Of a DNA stretch of 64,000 nucleotides, positions 41,971 to 55,756 are shown one piece after another. Source of the stretch: Eledone cirrhosa. Lineage: Eukaryota. The position numbers and the translations under genes were made by a program. The first letter of the stretch is position 1. Each line of letters opens with the position of its first letter. The stretch covers positions 271,870,001 through 271,934,000 of the forward strand of contig OZ024741.1 in assembly GCA_964016885.1 (NCBI GenBank), in the 5' to 3' direction. Below the pieces are notes generated by a model that saw only the letters and a program-made list of their open reading frames with translations, made no database searches and was not told the origin of the DNA.

Positions 41971-43238
41971 ATCATCATCATCATCTTCGTTTAACGTCCA
42001 TATTCCACTCTCGCATTGGTTTGGACGGGAGTTTTCCCACTTGAGGCAAGAGTGGTTGTCTTGCTCGCATAGGACTGTCTGGCAGGTTTTCTACGGCTGG
42101 ATACCCTTCCTAACATCAACCACATTTACAGTGTGGAACTGGGAGGTTTTTACCTTGTTACCTACACGGCCACATTACAGCGTGGACTGTGTGTTTTTTT
42201 GTCATGACACCTACACGACCTCATTTGTTTCGGGCTGGATGTTGTGGTACCAACATAACTTTACATTGAAAGGGGTGGTGTGGATGGGGTGGGGGTAGTG
42301 GGACGGGGGTGTATTTTGTTAGAGGTGCCTACTGACTGTAGTAGGTTTCTCTATTACTGTGTAACGCCAAAGATCTCGGTCCAGTGACATTGTCTTGGAG
42401 AGGTGTGTGTGAGGTCGGAATTTATCAAGTCGTCCCAGGTTTTTCTGTGTCTGCCTACTCCGTGGCTACCGTCTATTTTTATTGCCCTGCACTTTTTTAT
42501 ACAGCTGTTGTCTTTCATGCGCATCACGTGTCCATACCAACTTAGTCTTCTCTCGAGTAAACAACATCTGATCCCTCTTATTTCTAATTTCTCTCTTAGT
42601 TCGTATATGCTTTGCCGTTCACGTATATTACTATTACACATCCAGCGGAGCATGCAAGCTTCGTTTCTCTCCAGTCTGCGTATATCCTCTGCACACAATG
42701 CCCAGGTCTCACTGCCATGTAACATTGCTGTTCGTATGCAGGCATCATACAGCCTGCCTTTCATTTTTAGAGAGAACCCTTTAGCGGCCAATAGTGGTAT
42801 AAGCTCTCTGAACTTTTTCCATCCCGTTCTGACTCTAGCTACTGTACTTTCAGAGCACCCTCCCCCACTGCTGATTTTGTCACCCAGGTAACGGAAGCTG
42901 TCCACTATTTCTATAGAACCATCTGTGCAATGGAATGAGCTAGTATTGTGGGCACTTGCTGCTACTTATTGCACCAAAGCACCGGCCACATATAAAATCT
43001 ATATTCTTAGTTAGCTTACCTGTGATCCCACTACAACTTTTATGTACCCATACTTTGCATTTGGGACAAAAAATGGAGTTTCTACCTACTCCTTTCCTAC
43101 ACACTGAGCATGGCCATTTCCCAGATGGGACCGGTGCTCTATTTTCCTTCCTACAAACTAGAACTTTAATCTTAGACAAGTTAACTTTAAGGCCTTTTGA
43201 TTCTAGGCCATGCTTCCATGTTTGGAATTTCATCTCTA
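41971..43238 (-). mobile_element. RTE family A, copy F: 5'-truncated after YADD, complete 3' end
   Basis: KFQTWKHGLES..PHD..FRYLG..RLSWYGHVMRM, 3'UTR and (ATC)n tail. Confidence 0.95.
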
Positions 43239-43581
43239 TATGTGTATGTATATATCTATATATGTGTGTATGTATGTGTGAATATGTATATATATATGTA
43301 TGTATATATATGTGTATGTATATGTGTATGTATGTATGTGTGTGTGTGTGTATGTATGTGTATGTATGTGTGTATATATGTGTATGTATATGTGTGTATG
43401 TATGTGTGTATGTGTGTACGTGTATATGTGTATGTATATACATATGTATATATGTATGTATATGTATGTGTATGTATGTATGTATGTATGTATGTATGTA
43501 TGTATGTATATATATGCTGTTGTATATGTTCATTTCAATTCATTCTGAAGCTGTTGTTGCTGTAAACATTAGTGCCGGTGT

Positions 43582-44196
43582 GCAGGAGGGCTCAAGCGAC
43601 ATGCAAAAGTACACAAACTCCAACCACAGCCGGCTATTCCCAGTGAATGTTTTGGTTGCCAACTCTGTGCAAGACATTTTAGATCATTGGCTGGGCTAAA
43701 AAGCCACATTCGATCGCTGCGCTGTTAGTTGCTATTGTGTGTGTGTGTGTGTGTGTGTGTTTATGTGTGCGCGTGTGTGTATATATATGTATTTTATTGT
43801 TATTATTATTATTATTATTATTAATGTATATATGTGTGTGTGTGTGTATATCTATATGTGTGTATATATGTATGTATGTGTGTGTAACCACAGACCCTCC
43901 ATCTCAACTCACCTTTTGAAAAGCAGAAGAACTGCGAAACCGGTAAAGGAACCAAATAAATATATATATTTAAAAAAAAAAATAAGACTTCAGTTGCATT
44001 TTCGATTTCATCCCTTTTTCTTTATACTTTCACTCGTGTAGGACACCTCGGTTATTTTTCATTTTGTAAAAAAAACCTCACTTTCTAATATATATATATA
44101 TATATTTTTTATTTATTTGTTAATATTTATTTATTTTATTTTATTTTTTCCTCCTCGTGCAATGGCCATACTCGATAACGAGGGCGCAGCCATCAT
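43582..44196 (+). mobile_element. RTE family D 3' fragment (last finger, microsatellite 3'UTR, terminal stem-loop)
   Basis: 43582-43737 closely matches 22566-22722, followed by (GT)n, (ATT)n and the same 40-bp end. Confidence 0.9.
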
Positions 44197-44269
44197 GTAT
44201 ATATATATGTAAATGTGTATGTATATGTATGTATATGTATATATATATGTGTATTTGTATATATGTATG

Positions 44270-44300
<31 letters not shown>

Positions 44301-44345
44301 GTGTATATATATATATGTGTATATGTATGTATATATATAAGTATG

Positions 44346-44376
<31 letters not shown>

Positions 44377-45271
44377 GTATGTATATATATATATGTATAT
44401 ATATATATGTATGTATATATATATATGTATATATATATATGTGTATATGTATATATATATGTGTATATGTATGTATATATATGTATATGTATATATATAT
44501 GTGTATATGTATGTATATATATGTATATGTATATATATATGTGTATATGTATATATATATGTGTATGTGTATATATGTATGTATATGTATGTGTATATAT
44601 GTATGTATATATATGTGTATATGTATGTATATATATGTGTATATGTATATATATGTGTATATGTATGTATATATATGTGTATATGTATGTATATATATAT
44701 ATATGTGTGTATGTATATATATATATGTGTATGTATATATATATATATGTGTATATGTATATATATATATGTGTATATATATGTATATATATATGTATAT
44801 ATATATGTGTATATGTATATATATATGTGTATATGTATATATATATATGTGTATATGTATATATATATATGTGTATATGTATATATATATATGTGTATAT
44901 GTATATATATATGTGTATATATATGTATATATATGTGTGTATATATATGTATATATATGTGTGTATATGTGTGTATATATATATGTGTGTATATGTGTAT
45001 ATATATATATGTGTGTATATGTATATATATATATATGTGTGTATATATATGTGTATATATATATATGTGTGTATATATATGTGTATATATATATATATGT
45101 ATATATATATGTGTATATATATATATATGTATATATATATGTGTATATGTATATATATATGTATATATGTATATATATATGTGTATATGTATATATATAT
45201 GTATATATGTATATATATATGTATATATGTATATATGTATATATATATGTATATATGTATATATATATGTG

Positions 45272-45326
<55 letters not shown>

Positions 45327-45433
45327 GTGTATATGTATATATATATGTGTATATGTATATATATATGTGTATATGTATATATATATATATGTATATATAT
45401 ATATGTGTATATGTATATATATATGTGTATATG

Positions 45434-45481
<48 letters not shown>

Positions 45482-45487
45482 TATATG

Positions 45488-45540
<53 letters not shown>

Positions 45541-45545
45541 ATATG

Positions 45546-45622
<77 letters not shown>

Positions 45623-45627
45623 ATATG

Positions 45628-45680
<53 letters not shown>

Positions 45681-45689
45681 GTGTATATG

Positions 45690-45742
<53 letters not shown>

Positions 45743-46157
45743 GTGTATATGTATATATATATATATGTATATATATATGTGTATATGTATATATATATAT
45801 ATGTGTATATGTGTATATGTATATATGTATATATATATGTGTATATGTATATATATATATATGTATATATATATGTGTATATGTATATATATATATATGT
45901 GTATATGTGTATATGTATATATGTATATATATATGTGTATATGTATATATATATGTATATATATATATGTATATATATATGTATATATATATGTGTATAT
46001 GTATATATATATATATGTGTATATGTGTATATGTATATATGTATATATATATGTGTATATGTATATATATATGTATATATATATATGTATATATATATGT
46101 ATATATATATGTGTATATGTATATATATGTGTATATGTGTATATATATATATGTGTA

Positions 46158-46191
<34 letters not shown>

Positions 46192-46333
46192 TATATGTGT
46201 ATATATATATATATGTGTATATGTATATATATATATATATGTGTATATGTATATATATATATATATGTGTATATGTATATATATGTATGTATATATATAT
46301 ATGTGTGTATATATATGTATATATATATATGTG
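44197..46333. repeat. ~2.1-kb (TA)n/(TG) array
   Basis: Direct inspection. Confidence 0.97.
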
Positions 46334-46671
46334 TCATCATCATCATCATTTCATTTCATTTTACGTCCACTTTTCCCTGCTTGCAAGGGTGGGACGGGAA
46401 CTGATTCTGGCTTGATTTCTACAGCTGGATGCCCTTCCTAACACCAACCTCATTTACAGTGAGTGCTGGGTGCTTTTCTTCTTGCCGTGGCACCTCCACG
46501 AATGATAGGGATCCCAGTCCCTATAATCTCATTTCTACAGCTGAGTAAACTGGAGCAACGTGAAATAAAGTGTCTTGCTCAAGGAAACAACACATCACCC
46601 GGTCTGAGAATTGAACTCACAACCTTTCGATTGCAAAGCCAATGCTCTAACCACTAAGCCATATGCCTCCA
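46334..46671 (-). mobile_element. S2 SINE copy
   Basis: (ATC)n tail, ttttccctgcttgcaag, CORE-like block, ccactaagcca (A box, reverse). Confidence 0.9.
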
Positions 46672-46729
46672 CATGTATATGTATATATATATATGTGTAT
46701 ATGTATATTCATGGTAAAGATGTTAAGGA

Positions 46730-47409
46730 TTAAAATAAGTATTTGATTATCTCAGTGAGATCCTCTATAGTGCAGTGGCTGGCAGTAATGAATAAGGTAG
46801 CTTCATTTTTATGTATTATATCTTAACAACCAGAGGCTTAATAGTCATTGCTATAGCTAGAAGAATAGGGTAGAGTAAGTTCTGGGTATTGCTATCTTTG
46901 TTGGCAACAAAGGGCTGCTCTCTCTGGGCAATAGGTAGATTGTATGATACTTGTGTGAGAAGTGTGTTGTTGCATGGTAGTGGGACATGGGCAATAAATG
47001 TAAGGGATATGTAAAGGCTTGAGAGAAATGAATCGGGCATGCTTTGTTGGATGTTTAATGTTAGTGTGTAGGAACGATGAAATGTGGATGAGCTGAGAGA
47101 GAAGCTGGGCATAAGAGGAATCAGATGTAGAGTGCAGAAGAAAAGGCTTTGCTGTTATGGGCACGTAATACATAGGAATGGTGATTGTTGAGGGAAGAAG
47201 TGCCGTGTGTTTCAAGTGGAAGAAATATGCAGTAGAGGATTCCATGACCAAGAATATCAATAGGCGGAGGTAGTGAATAGTGATCTCAAGAAACTGAATC
47301 TCACAAGAGATGACATAGGAAAAAAGTAATTGGAAAGGTGTTACACTAACAAAGACTCATTTAACCCCATGTTAGTATGGAAAATACAGATGTAAAAATC
47401 ATGATGATG
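46730..47409 (+). mobile_element. Old, highly decayed RTE 3' fragment (A/J-related)
   Basis: Relics of LLATKG..GRLYDTCVRS.LLHGS.TWA, REKLGIRGIRC, YGHV; ends aaccccatgttagtatggaaaa..gatgatg. Confidence 0.8.
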
Positions 47410-47799
47410 CCAAGGGTTATGAACAATTTTTAAATTTGAACTCATTGCCTGTTAATTCATCCATCAATACCCTTCAGTCACTTTACCCTTTATAAACAGG
47501 CTGCACTATGGCTCAGTGACTTTGTAAACTATTTATTTTTTTAAGTTTTAAAGATAGTAAGCATTTAGTCTTATCTCCATATTTTCCCTTGAGAGCCCAG
47601 TAGTTGCTGTAATATAAGTTCAATGCTGTAATTTGTACTGAAATGACAATGACTTCAACTCAAATTGACTTGTGATTTTAAAAATCTTGGGGTTGACTTG
47701 GTCCTGAAGACTGTGGTGCCTTGGGCAAATTTGGTAGAGAAGCAGTTTGCATTTCAATCAGAATATGGCTCCATATTGAAAATACTCTTCCATTGGAAC

Positions 47800-48106
47800 T
47801 TCATTCATTTCATTTTACGTCCGCTTTACCCTGCTTGCAAGGGTGGGACGGGAACTGACTCTGGCTTGATTTCTACAGCTGGATGCCCTTCCTAACACCA
47901 ACCTCATTTACAGTGAGTGCTGGGTGGTTTTTTGCCATGGCACCTCCATGACCACTTTGCATCTCATTTCTACAGCTGAGTAAACTGGAGCAATGTGAAA
48001 TAAAGTGTCTTGCTCAAGGAAACAACACATCACCAGGTCTGAGAATTGAACTCACAACCTTTTGATTGCAAGGCCAATTTTCTAACCACTAAGCCATGTG
48101 CCTCCA
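47800..48106 (-). mobile_element. S2 SINE copy lacking the central hairpin
   Basis: Same head, CORE and tail as 46334-46671; the gataggga..tccctat segment is absent. Confidence 0.88.
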
Positions 48107-48437
48107 CTTACATATTTTAAATTACCAACACACTTTCTTATTAAATTACTTGTCTAATGCCATTTATAAAGTAGGTTAACTATGGTTTGACTACTTGGTA
48201 AATTGTTTTTTTAAATTTTACAGATAATAAACGAGCTTGTATTAGATCTCAAGTTGTATGATTGTTAACTGTAAATTGCTTCTCAACCAAACTTGTATGA
48301 TGTGTGACGAGTGCAATGTTGCATGTTACAGTTTAACAAAATAATCAATAATAGTACTATCACTCACTCAATGTTTGCAAAATAATGACATTAAATATTT
48401 ATTTTTGTTCAGTATCACAAAAAATTAATAAATAAAT

Positions 48438-48790
48438 AGGTGCAGGCATGGCTTTGTGGTTAAGGAGTTTGGTTTTCAATGATGTGGTTTTGGGTTCAGT
48501 CTTGTGGTTAAGGAGTTTGGTTTTCAATGATGTGGTTTTGGGTTCAGTCCTGAGTGCCACCTTGGTCATAAATTCTATTATAACCTCATGTTGAGGAATA
48601 TCTTGTGAGTGAAATTTAATAGGTGGAAACTATGTTGAAGCATGTTGCATATGTGTGACTCAGCTTAGGGATTTGACAAGAGACTGTTAAAATAGGTACC
48701 AGATTTTAAAAATAAGTGCTGGGGTTGATATAATCAACCAAATTGCTTCAAGGCGGTGTCCTAACACAGTTGCAGTCTAATGATTGAAAT
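48438..48790 (+). mobile_element. Diverged tRNA-derived SINE of another family, with a 46-bp tandem duplication in the head
   Basis: tggctttgtggttaagg..gggttcagtc (twice), caccttgg, cttgtgagtg..ggaaact, aataagtgctggggttgat..cttcaaggcggtg; related relics at ~49480-49720 (-) and ~62570-62820 (+). Confidence 0.7.
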
Positions 48791-48929
48791 CAGTGAAAGG
48801 AAAAAAAAAAGTAAAAGTCATGCGATATGATTGTCAGCTTAGAATAAACATTTAATAGGAATTTAACAGCCACCAATGTTAGGAGAAAAGGCACTGATTG
48901 GAGGGAAGGAGGAATATCTCTAATTTGAA

Positions 48930-49260
48930 AATCACACTCACCACCTCTACTACCACCACTACACACTATGACCATCACCATCACTGACACTATATTCACA
49001 ACCACCACCACTACCACCACCACCACCCTCACCACCATCACACTCACTGCCACCATATCCACCACTACTACCACTACCCTCACCACTATCACACTCACTG
49101 CCATCATATCCACCACTACTACCACCACTCTCACCACCATCACACTCACTGCCACCATATCCACCACTACCCTCACCACCATCACACTCACTGCCACATT
49201 ATTCACCACTAAAACCACCACTACACTATGACCATCACACTCACTACCACCATCACCATA
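48930..49260. repeat. (ACC)n-rich repeat with ~50-bp higher-order units
   Basis: Repeated ctcaccaccatcacactcactgccaccatatccaccactact. Confidence 0.9.
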
Positions 49261-50624
49261 AATAGATAAAGCTAAGGTTTTGTTAAACAAATGTTACAGT
49301 AAAAAAATACCTTGACTAGAGACAAGCAACAAGTGTTTGAAGGTAATTTTTTCCTGTTAAAGCAGTGGTTAACCTTAAGTGCCCTTTGACAAATTTCATA
49401 TTGAATATAGGGTCCTTTCTGAGGCAGTATTTTACAACCAAATACCTCACCTGCCCTTTCAGTTTACAACCAAATACCTCACAAGCCCTTTCAGTTGCCT
49501 CTTACAGTTTCTATCTACTAAATTCCACTTGCAAGGCATTGATCAACCCCAGGCTATAGTAGACATTTGACCAAGGTGTAATGCTATGGTCCTGAACCAT
49601 GCAGCCATGCCTATGCCCATCTATATATTTTTGTGCGATACTGTATGAAAATAAATATTAGAAGACACTTGACCAAGGTGTAAAGCTATGAGACTGAACT
49701 ACACAGCCATGCCTGCACCTGTCTATATATATTTTTTGTGATACTAAATGAAAATAAATATTTAATGTTAATATTTTACAAACATTGAGTGATAGTGTTT
49801 TTATTGATTATTCTCATTAAACAAACTCCAATCACAGTGTAACACATGTTCCTATTTCTCCACCATAACCCAATAAACTGAGTATTCAAAAATAAATGTG
49901 AAAACGCTACATGCCACCTGTTCTCACAGATGATTAGATCAGTAAGCTTGTGTGTACATTGATTTAGTTTCATTGATATTTAAGTTAACACAGCACCATA
50001 TAGAGCTAAATAATATGAAAGTGGTAGTGCTGATGCCACAGAAAAATGCTCCCAGTCCACACTGTAAGCTGGTAGTGTTGGTATTGTAAAATACTCCCAG
50101 TCCACTCTGTAAATCGGTTGGGGGTTAAGAGTGACATCCAGCTGTAGAAACCAAGCCAGAAATGTTGGTTTCAAGTGGTTTAGTATCAAAAAGGTTAATA
50201 AAAGAATGACCCAATAATTTGAATAACCTATTCCAGTATAAATCTTGTGTGGAATAAGAAAAGTATTTTATACATCATTTTATATGGTGTTTCTATATGT
50301 ACATTTGTGTGTGTGTGTTCGTTTGACCAGGAGCTATTGCTCAAATGTTCATATGAACTACAGTACTATGATTGTCTTTTGTTTTCTTATTTGTTTGTTT
50401 GTGTGTTGGGGTGGGTATGCATGTTTTTGTTTCTTGTATTTATTTGACAAACTGCCTGAAACCACCCCTAGTTCTATGATGCAAAGCTGTTTATATTTAT
50501 CTAAAAAGCTTCCACCATAATTTTATGTAAGAACCATAAAGTTGTTTCAAACACCAGCTAAATAATGATAAAGTTTCTTTATATTGCTAAATCTCTTTCT
50601 CCAAATTTTTGATTATTTAATAAT

Positions 50625-50770
50625 AATAATTGTTTCTACTTTTGGCACAAGGCCAGCAATTACCCAGTACATTACTGGTACTTTTATTTTATCGACCCCG
50701 TAAGGATGAAAGGCAAAGTTAACCTCAGCGGGATTTGAACTCAGACCGTAAAGGGACGTAACTCTATGCT
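50625..50770 (-). mobile_element. SINE fragment, same family as 53380-53570, cut at the CR1 tail
   Basis: Near-identical to 53380-53521 and stops at gtaactctatgc. Confidence 0.8.
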
Positions 50771-51490
50771 TAATAATAATGAAATTGTGTACAGTGCTCA
50801 GGTGCACTACAACTCGTCAAAGGTGCATGTATAGTACATAGAATAATATACAAATGTCAGGGAAGTGAATAGTGTATGAGTCATGATATACATGTGTGCG
50901 CGTGTATGGAGGGGGAATATTAGGTATAGTGTTGGCGAATCTCAGGAAGCATGGAGGTTTTAAAGGATGCAGTGTCTCGACAGCTAATAACTGATGCAGG
51001 TAGTTTGTTCCATGCTTCAGCAATTCTGAGCGTGCAAAAATGTTTCCGAAAGTCATGGGAGCTGTGCTGTTTTCTGACTTTGTGGGCATGCCCACGTGTG
51101 TTAAACACATGGAAATCAAAAAGGTACTCAGGGTTGTTGTTGGCAAGATGGTTAATAATTTTGTGGGTGTTTACCAAGTCAGTTGCCAGACGTCGGAGCG
51201 TCAATGTATCCATGCTCAGGGAAGCAAGGCTTTCACAGTATGGTAAATGCCTGATGGAGGGTATTCGCTTGGTTGCACGTCTCTGAACATTTTCCAGGCG
51301 GTCTATGTTCTGAGCAAGATAGGGTTCCAGACTGGTGATGCAAATTCTAAGTGTGGCTGCACCATAGCTATATACAACTTTAGATAAATAGCTGGAGAGC
51401 GGCTGACAAAGGTCTTGCTGAGTGATGCTAAGACATCCTCGGCCTTCTTGACAATTTTAGAGACGTGCATCGTCCAACGCAAATCGTTGC
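50771..51490 (-). mobile_element. CR1-like LINE 3' fragment
   Basis: LKLYIAMVQPHLEFASPVWNPY..LENVQRRATK..LRRLATDL..NTRGH..RKHF..AWNKLP; (ATT)n tail. Confidence 0.88.
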
Positions 51491-51863
51491 TTTATTTAAA
51501 AAAATAATTCACAATCATAATGTTTTTCATTAGAAATATAACACAGTTAAATAATTTTATGTAGTTGAAGGCAGTTTAGTTTCTTTTTTTTCTTATATTG
51601 TGAAATAAATATTATTAATAACATATTTAAGGGGATTAGGAAAAAAGACTTGATTTGTTCAGACATGTTTAATAAACTGGTTTTATTCCTTTATCACCTA
51701 TATCCATATTTAATAGGTAAACTGATCACTGTCGGGTTTGACAATGAGGACGCCAGTTGTTGGGTCAATGGAACAGTCAACTAGATAAATTAATGTCTAT
51801 GTGGCTGAGTATTCCACAGGCATGTCTATCTATAACATAATTCTTTGGCAGATTCAGCATGAC

Positions 51864-51865
<2 letters not shown>

Positions 51866-51908
<43 letters not shown>
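51866..51908. repeat. (GT)n microsatellite
   Basis: Direct inspection. Confidence 0.97.
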
Positions 51909-51910
<2 letters not shown>

Positions 51911-51980
51911 CAAGGCTGCCATTTGAATTACAAGTACAGCTTATCCAGTAAACTCCCAAGTAATGTTAATTTAAAGATAT

Positions 51981-53125
51981 ACACCCACACCCACACCCAC
52001 ACCCACACCCACACCCACACCCACACCCACACCCACACCACACCACACCACACCACACCACACCACACCACACCACACCACACCACACCACACACCACAC
52101 CACACCACACCACACCACACCACACCACACACCACACCACACCACACCACACCACACCACACCACACCACACCACACCACACCACACCACACCACACCAC
52201 ACCACACCACACCACACCACACCACACCACACCACACCACACCACACCACACCACACCACACCACACCACACCACACCACACCACACCACACACCACACA
52301 CCACACACCACACACCACACCACACCACACCACACCACACCACACCACACCACACCACACCACACCACACCACACCACACCACACCACACACCACACCAC
52401 ACCACACCACACCACACCACACCACACCACACCACACCACACCACACCACACCACACCACACCACACCACACCACACCACACCACACCACACCACACCAC
52501 ACCACACCACACCACACCACACCACACCACACCACACCACACCACACCACACCACACCACACCACACCACACCACACCACACCACACCACACCACACCAC
52601 ACCACACCACACCACACCACACCACACCACACCACACCACACCACACCACACCACACCACACCACACCACACCACACCACACCACACCACACCACACCAC
52701 ACCACACCACACCACACCACACCACACCACACCACACCACACCACACCACACCACACCACACCACACCACACCACACCACACCACACCACACCACACCAC
52801 ACCACACCACACCACACCACACCACACCACACCACACCACACCACACCACACCACACCACACCACACCACACCACACCACACCACACCACACCACACCAC
52901 ACCACACCACACCACACCACACCACACCACACCACACCACACCACACCACACCACACCACACCACACCACACCACACCACACCACACCACACCACACCAC
53001 ACCACACCACACCACACCACACCACACCACACCACACCACACCACACCACACCACACCACACCACACCACACCACACCACACCACACCACACCACACCAC
53101 CACACACCACACACCACACACACAC
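51981..53125. repeat. (CACACC)n grading into ~1.1 kb of (CACAC)n
   Basis: Direct inspection. Confidence 0.98.
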
Positions 53126-53379
53126 GTGTAATTATATTTATTGCATGTTATGCACATTTCTGCAATACCAGTGCATTGCAGTTATGCAATTTCAACAAAA
53201 GCTGGCATGGCATCATCAGACAGTTACATGAGAATAATTATGCATGAACGTTTATAACAGAAAATATATAAGGGTGTTGATATGCATCCACCAGTAAGAC
53301 ATGTCTATAGTTGTGTGTACCCTTGTAGCATATAATCTCCTACATCTTCTAACAAGCCTTCATAAATAAACACTTAAAT

Positions 53380-53570
53380 AATTGTTTCTACTTTTGGCAC
53401 AAGGCCAACAATTATTCCAGTGCATTACTGGTACTCTATTTTATCGACCCCGTAAGGATGAAAGGCAAAGTTAACCTCGGCAGGATTTGAACTCGGACTG
53501 CAAAGGGACGTAACTCTATGCTGCAAAGCATGGCGTCCAACCCATTACCGATACTGCCAATCTACCGCCT
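53380..53570 (-). mobile_element. tRNA-derived SINE with a central GCCTTTCATCCT..GGGGTCGATAAAAT..GTACCAG domain (Meta-domain-like)
   Basis: On the minus strand: ggcggtagattggcag.., B box gagttcaaatcc, then gccgaggttaactttgcctttcatccttacggggtcgataaaat. The domain name is from recall and unverified. Confidence 0.75.
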
Positions 53571-54484
53571 TTAACACTTAAATAACGACAACTAAAAAGT
53601 AGTATTGTTAGTATGAAGCATTGTGAGATATGTGATAATTACTGATAAATATTTCAGAAAGCTGGTATAATGCAGTAGAAATATATAAAGGACAAACACA
53701 CACAGTACATGTATATATTTAATGGATGAATAATTTGTATTACTATTAAACTTCCTGGTACTGCCCCTGATTCTGTGATACACAATGGTTTAAAGATTTA
53801 TATTTATTTAAAAACTTTCCATCATAGATTTATGTAAAAACCTTTGTTCCAAACACCATCTTAATAATAAGAAAGCTAGTTATATTGCTAAATCGTTCTG
53901 AATTCTTAATTATTTTCAGTCTTTCATTAGAAATACTGTAATAAAAGTTAATTAAATGAATCCATGCCAGGAGTTGCAACTGGAAATAAGTATATCTGCA
54001 ATAGGAAAGACCAAAGGAAATATTGTTTCCTTGAATCGATCTGATGAGTTACACTTTACTTGGTAAGCAAATAAGGCCTGGGATCTTGTCTATTTGGATT
54101 TTTTTTAAAATCATGTTGATTTGGAAAAGAAACCAGCTGTTGATTTTATTGGCTTTTCTGTTCATCTTGTTCTTAAATCCTCCCCCAGTTTTAATCCACC
54201 ACCTGTTCTTAGTTTGTGTATAAGTTATTTGTATTTTGAGTGACATTCTCACCATATTACATTAACCAATACCTGTCTACATTACACCTTATACTCTAGA
54301 TGTTCATGTGTCAATAATACTCAGGTAAAAAAGCCTACAGTAACGTATGTAAAACTGTTTCAAGTGTTTGTATTTGTGAGCCAGAGATAGTTGTAGGTTT
54401 AACATTAAACAAAAATAAATTCATTTTAACTTATACATATATGTATGGTCTTTTACTTATTTCTCAAGTAGGAAATGAATTGCT

Positions 54485-54712
54485 ATGTGTGTGTATATAT
54501 GAATGTGTGTGTGTGTACAAATATATATATGTATATGTGTGTGTGTATGTATGTGTGTGTATATGTATCTGTGTGTGTGTGTATGTATGCATGTGTATGT
54601 ATGTATATGTGTATGTATGTATATGTGTATGTATGTATATGTGTATGTATGTATATGTGTGTGTGTATGTATGTATATATGTGTGTGTATGTGTATATAT
54701 ATATATATATAA
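54485..54712. repeat. (TG)/(TATG)n microsatellite
   Basis: Direct inspection. Confidence 0.95.
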
Positions 54713-54800
54713 ATGTAGAAGTTCTATTTAAATTGTTGGGATACAAGCAGATATTTTTATAACTCATATAAAGCACTCAACAAATTATTGGAGTAAAAAT

Positions 54801-55153
54801 ACGATATATTAACAAATGGAAACTATATTTATAAAACCATATTTATTTCATTATACATATTTCAAGGACACCAAGTTAAATTATGGTGTGCTTTCATCAG
54901 ATAAAATATAATATAGATCAGTTTTATAAATAAATATTGACATACCCTTAAAGAATGCGACCATTTCTATCCGGGAGCTTCCAACAGAAATGGTCGCATT
55001 CTTTAAGGGTATGTCAATATTTATTTATAAAACTGATCTATATTATATTTTATCTGATGAAAGCACACGATAATTTAACTTGGTGTCCTTGAAATATGTA
55101 TAATGAAATAAATATGGTTTTATAAATATAGTTTCCATTTGTTAATATATCGT
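54801..55153. repeat. Near-perfect inverted repeat: 168-bp arms, 17-bp spacer
   Basis: 54801-54968 is the reverse complement of 54986-55153; one mismatch seen (tatgGtgtg versus tatcGtgtg region). Confidence 0.95.
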
Positions 55154-55240
55154 GTATATATATATATATATATGTATATACAAATATATTTTTTGTGTAT
55201 ATATTATGTGTATATATATATATATATATTATATATAAGA

Positions 55241-55625
55241 TGGAGACACATGGCTTAGTGGTTAGAACATTGGCCTTGCAATCGAAAGTTTGTGAGTTCA
55301 ATTCTCAGACCGGGTGATGTGTTGTTTCCTTGAGCAAGACACTTTATTTCACATTGCTCCAGTTTACTCAGCTGTAGAAATGAGATGATAGGGACTGGGG
55401 TCCCTATCATTCCACTGCAAAGTAGTCGTGGAGGTGCCACGGCAAAAAAGCACCCAGCCCACACTGTAAAGTGGACGTCTAGGCGCCACGGCAAAAAAAG
55501 CACCCAGCACTCACTGTAAATGAGGTTGGTGTTAGGAAAGGCACCCAGCTGTAGAAATCAAGCCAGAATCAGTTCTTGTCCCACCCTTGCAAGCAGGGAA
55601 AAGCGGGTGTAAAATGATGATGATT
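55241..55625 (+). mobile_element. S2 SINE, most complete copy: tRNA head, CORE, hairpin, subrepeats, family-J RTE tail
   Basis: A box TGGCTTAGTGG, B box GAGTTCAATTC, ccttgagcaagacacttt, atgatagggac-tggg-gtccctatcat, cttgcaagcagggaaaa, (GAT)n. Confidence 0.92.
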
Positions 55626-55756
55626 ATGTGTATATATATATTTTATGTGTGTGTATATATATATTATGTGTGTGTATATATATATTATGTGTGTGTATAT
55701 ATATATTATGTGTGTATATATATATATTATGTGTGTATATATATATATTATGTGTA

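Noticed and set aside
48968-49231. Thr-rich mucin-like ORF
   Set aside because: Product of an (ACC)n repeat; no signal peptide or convincing splice context.
51923-53157. HHTTP / WCGVV repeat ORFs, or a telomeric array
   Set aside because: Pentanucleotide repeat translation; the unit is not TTAGGG.
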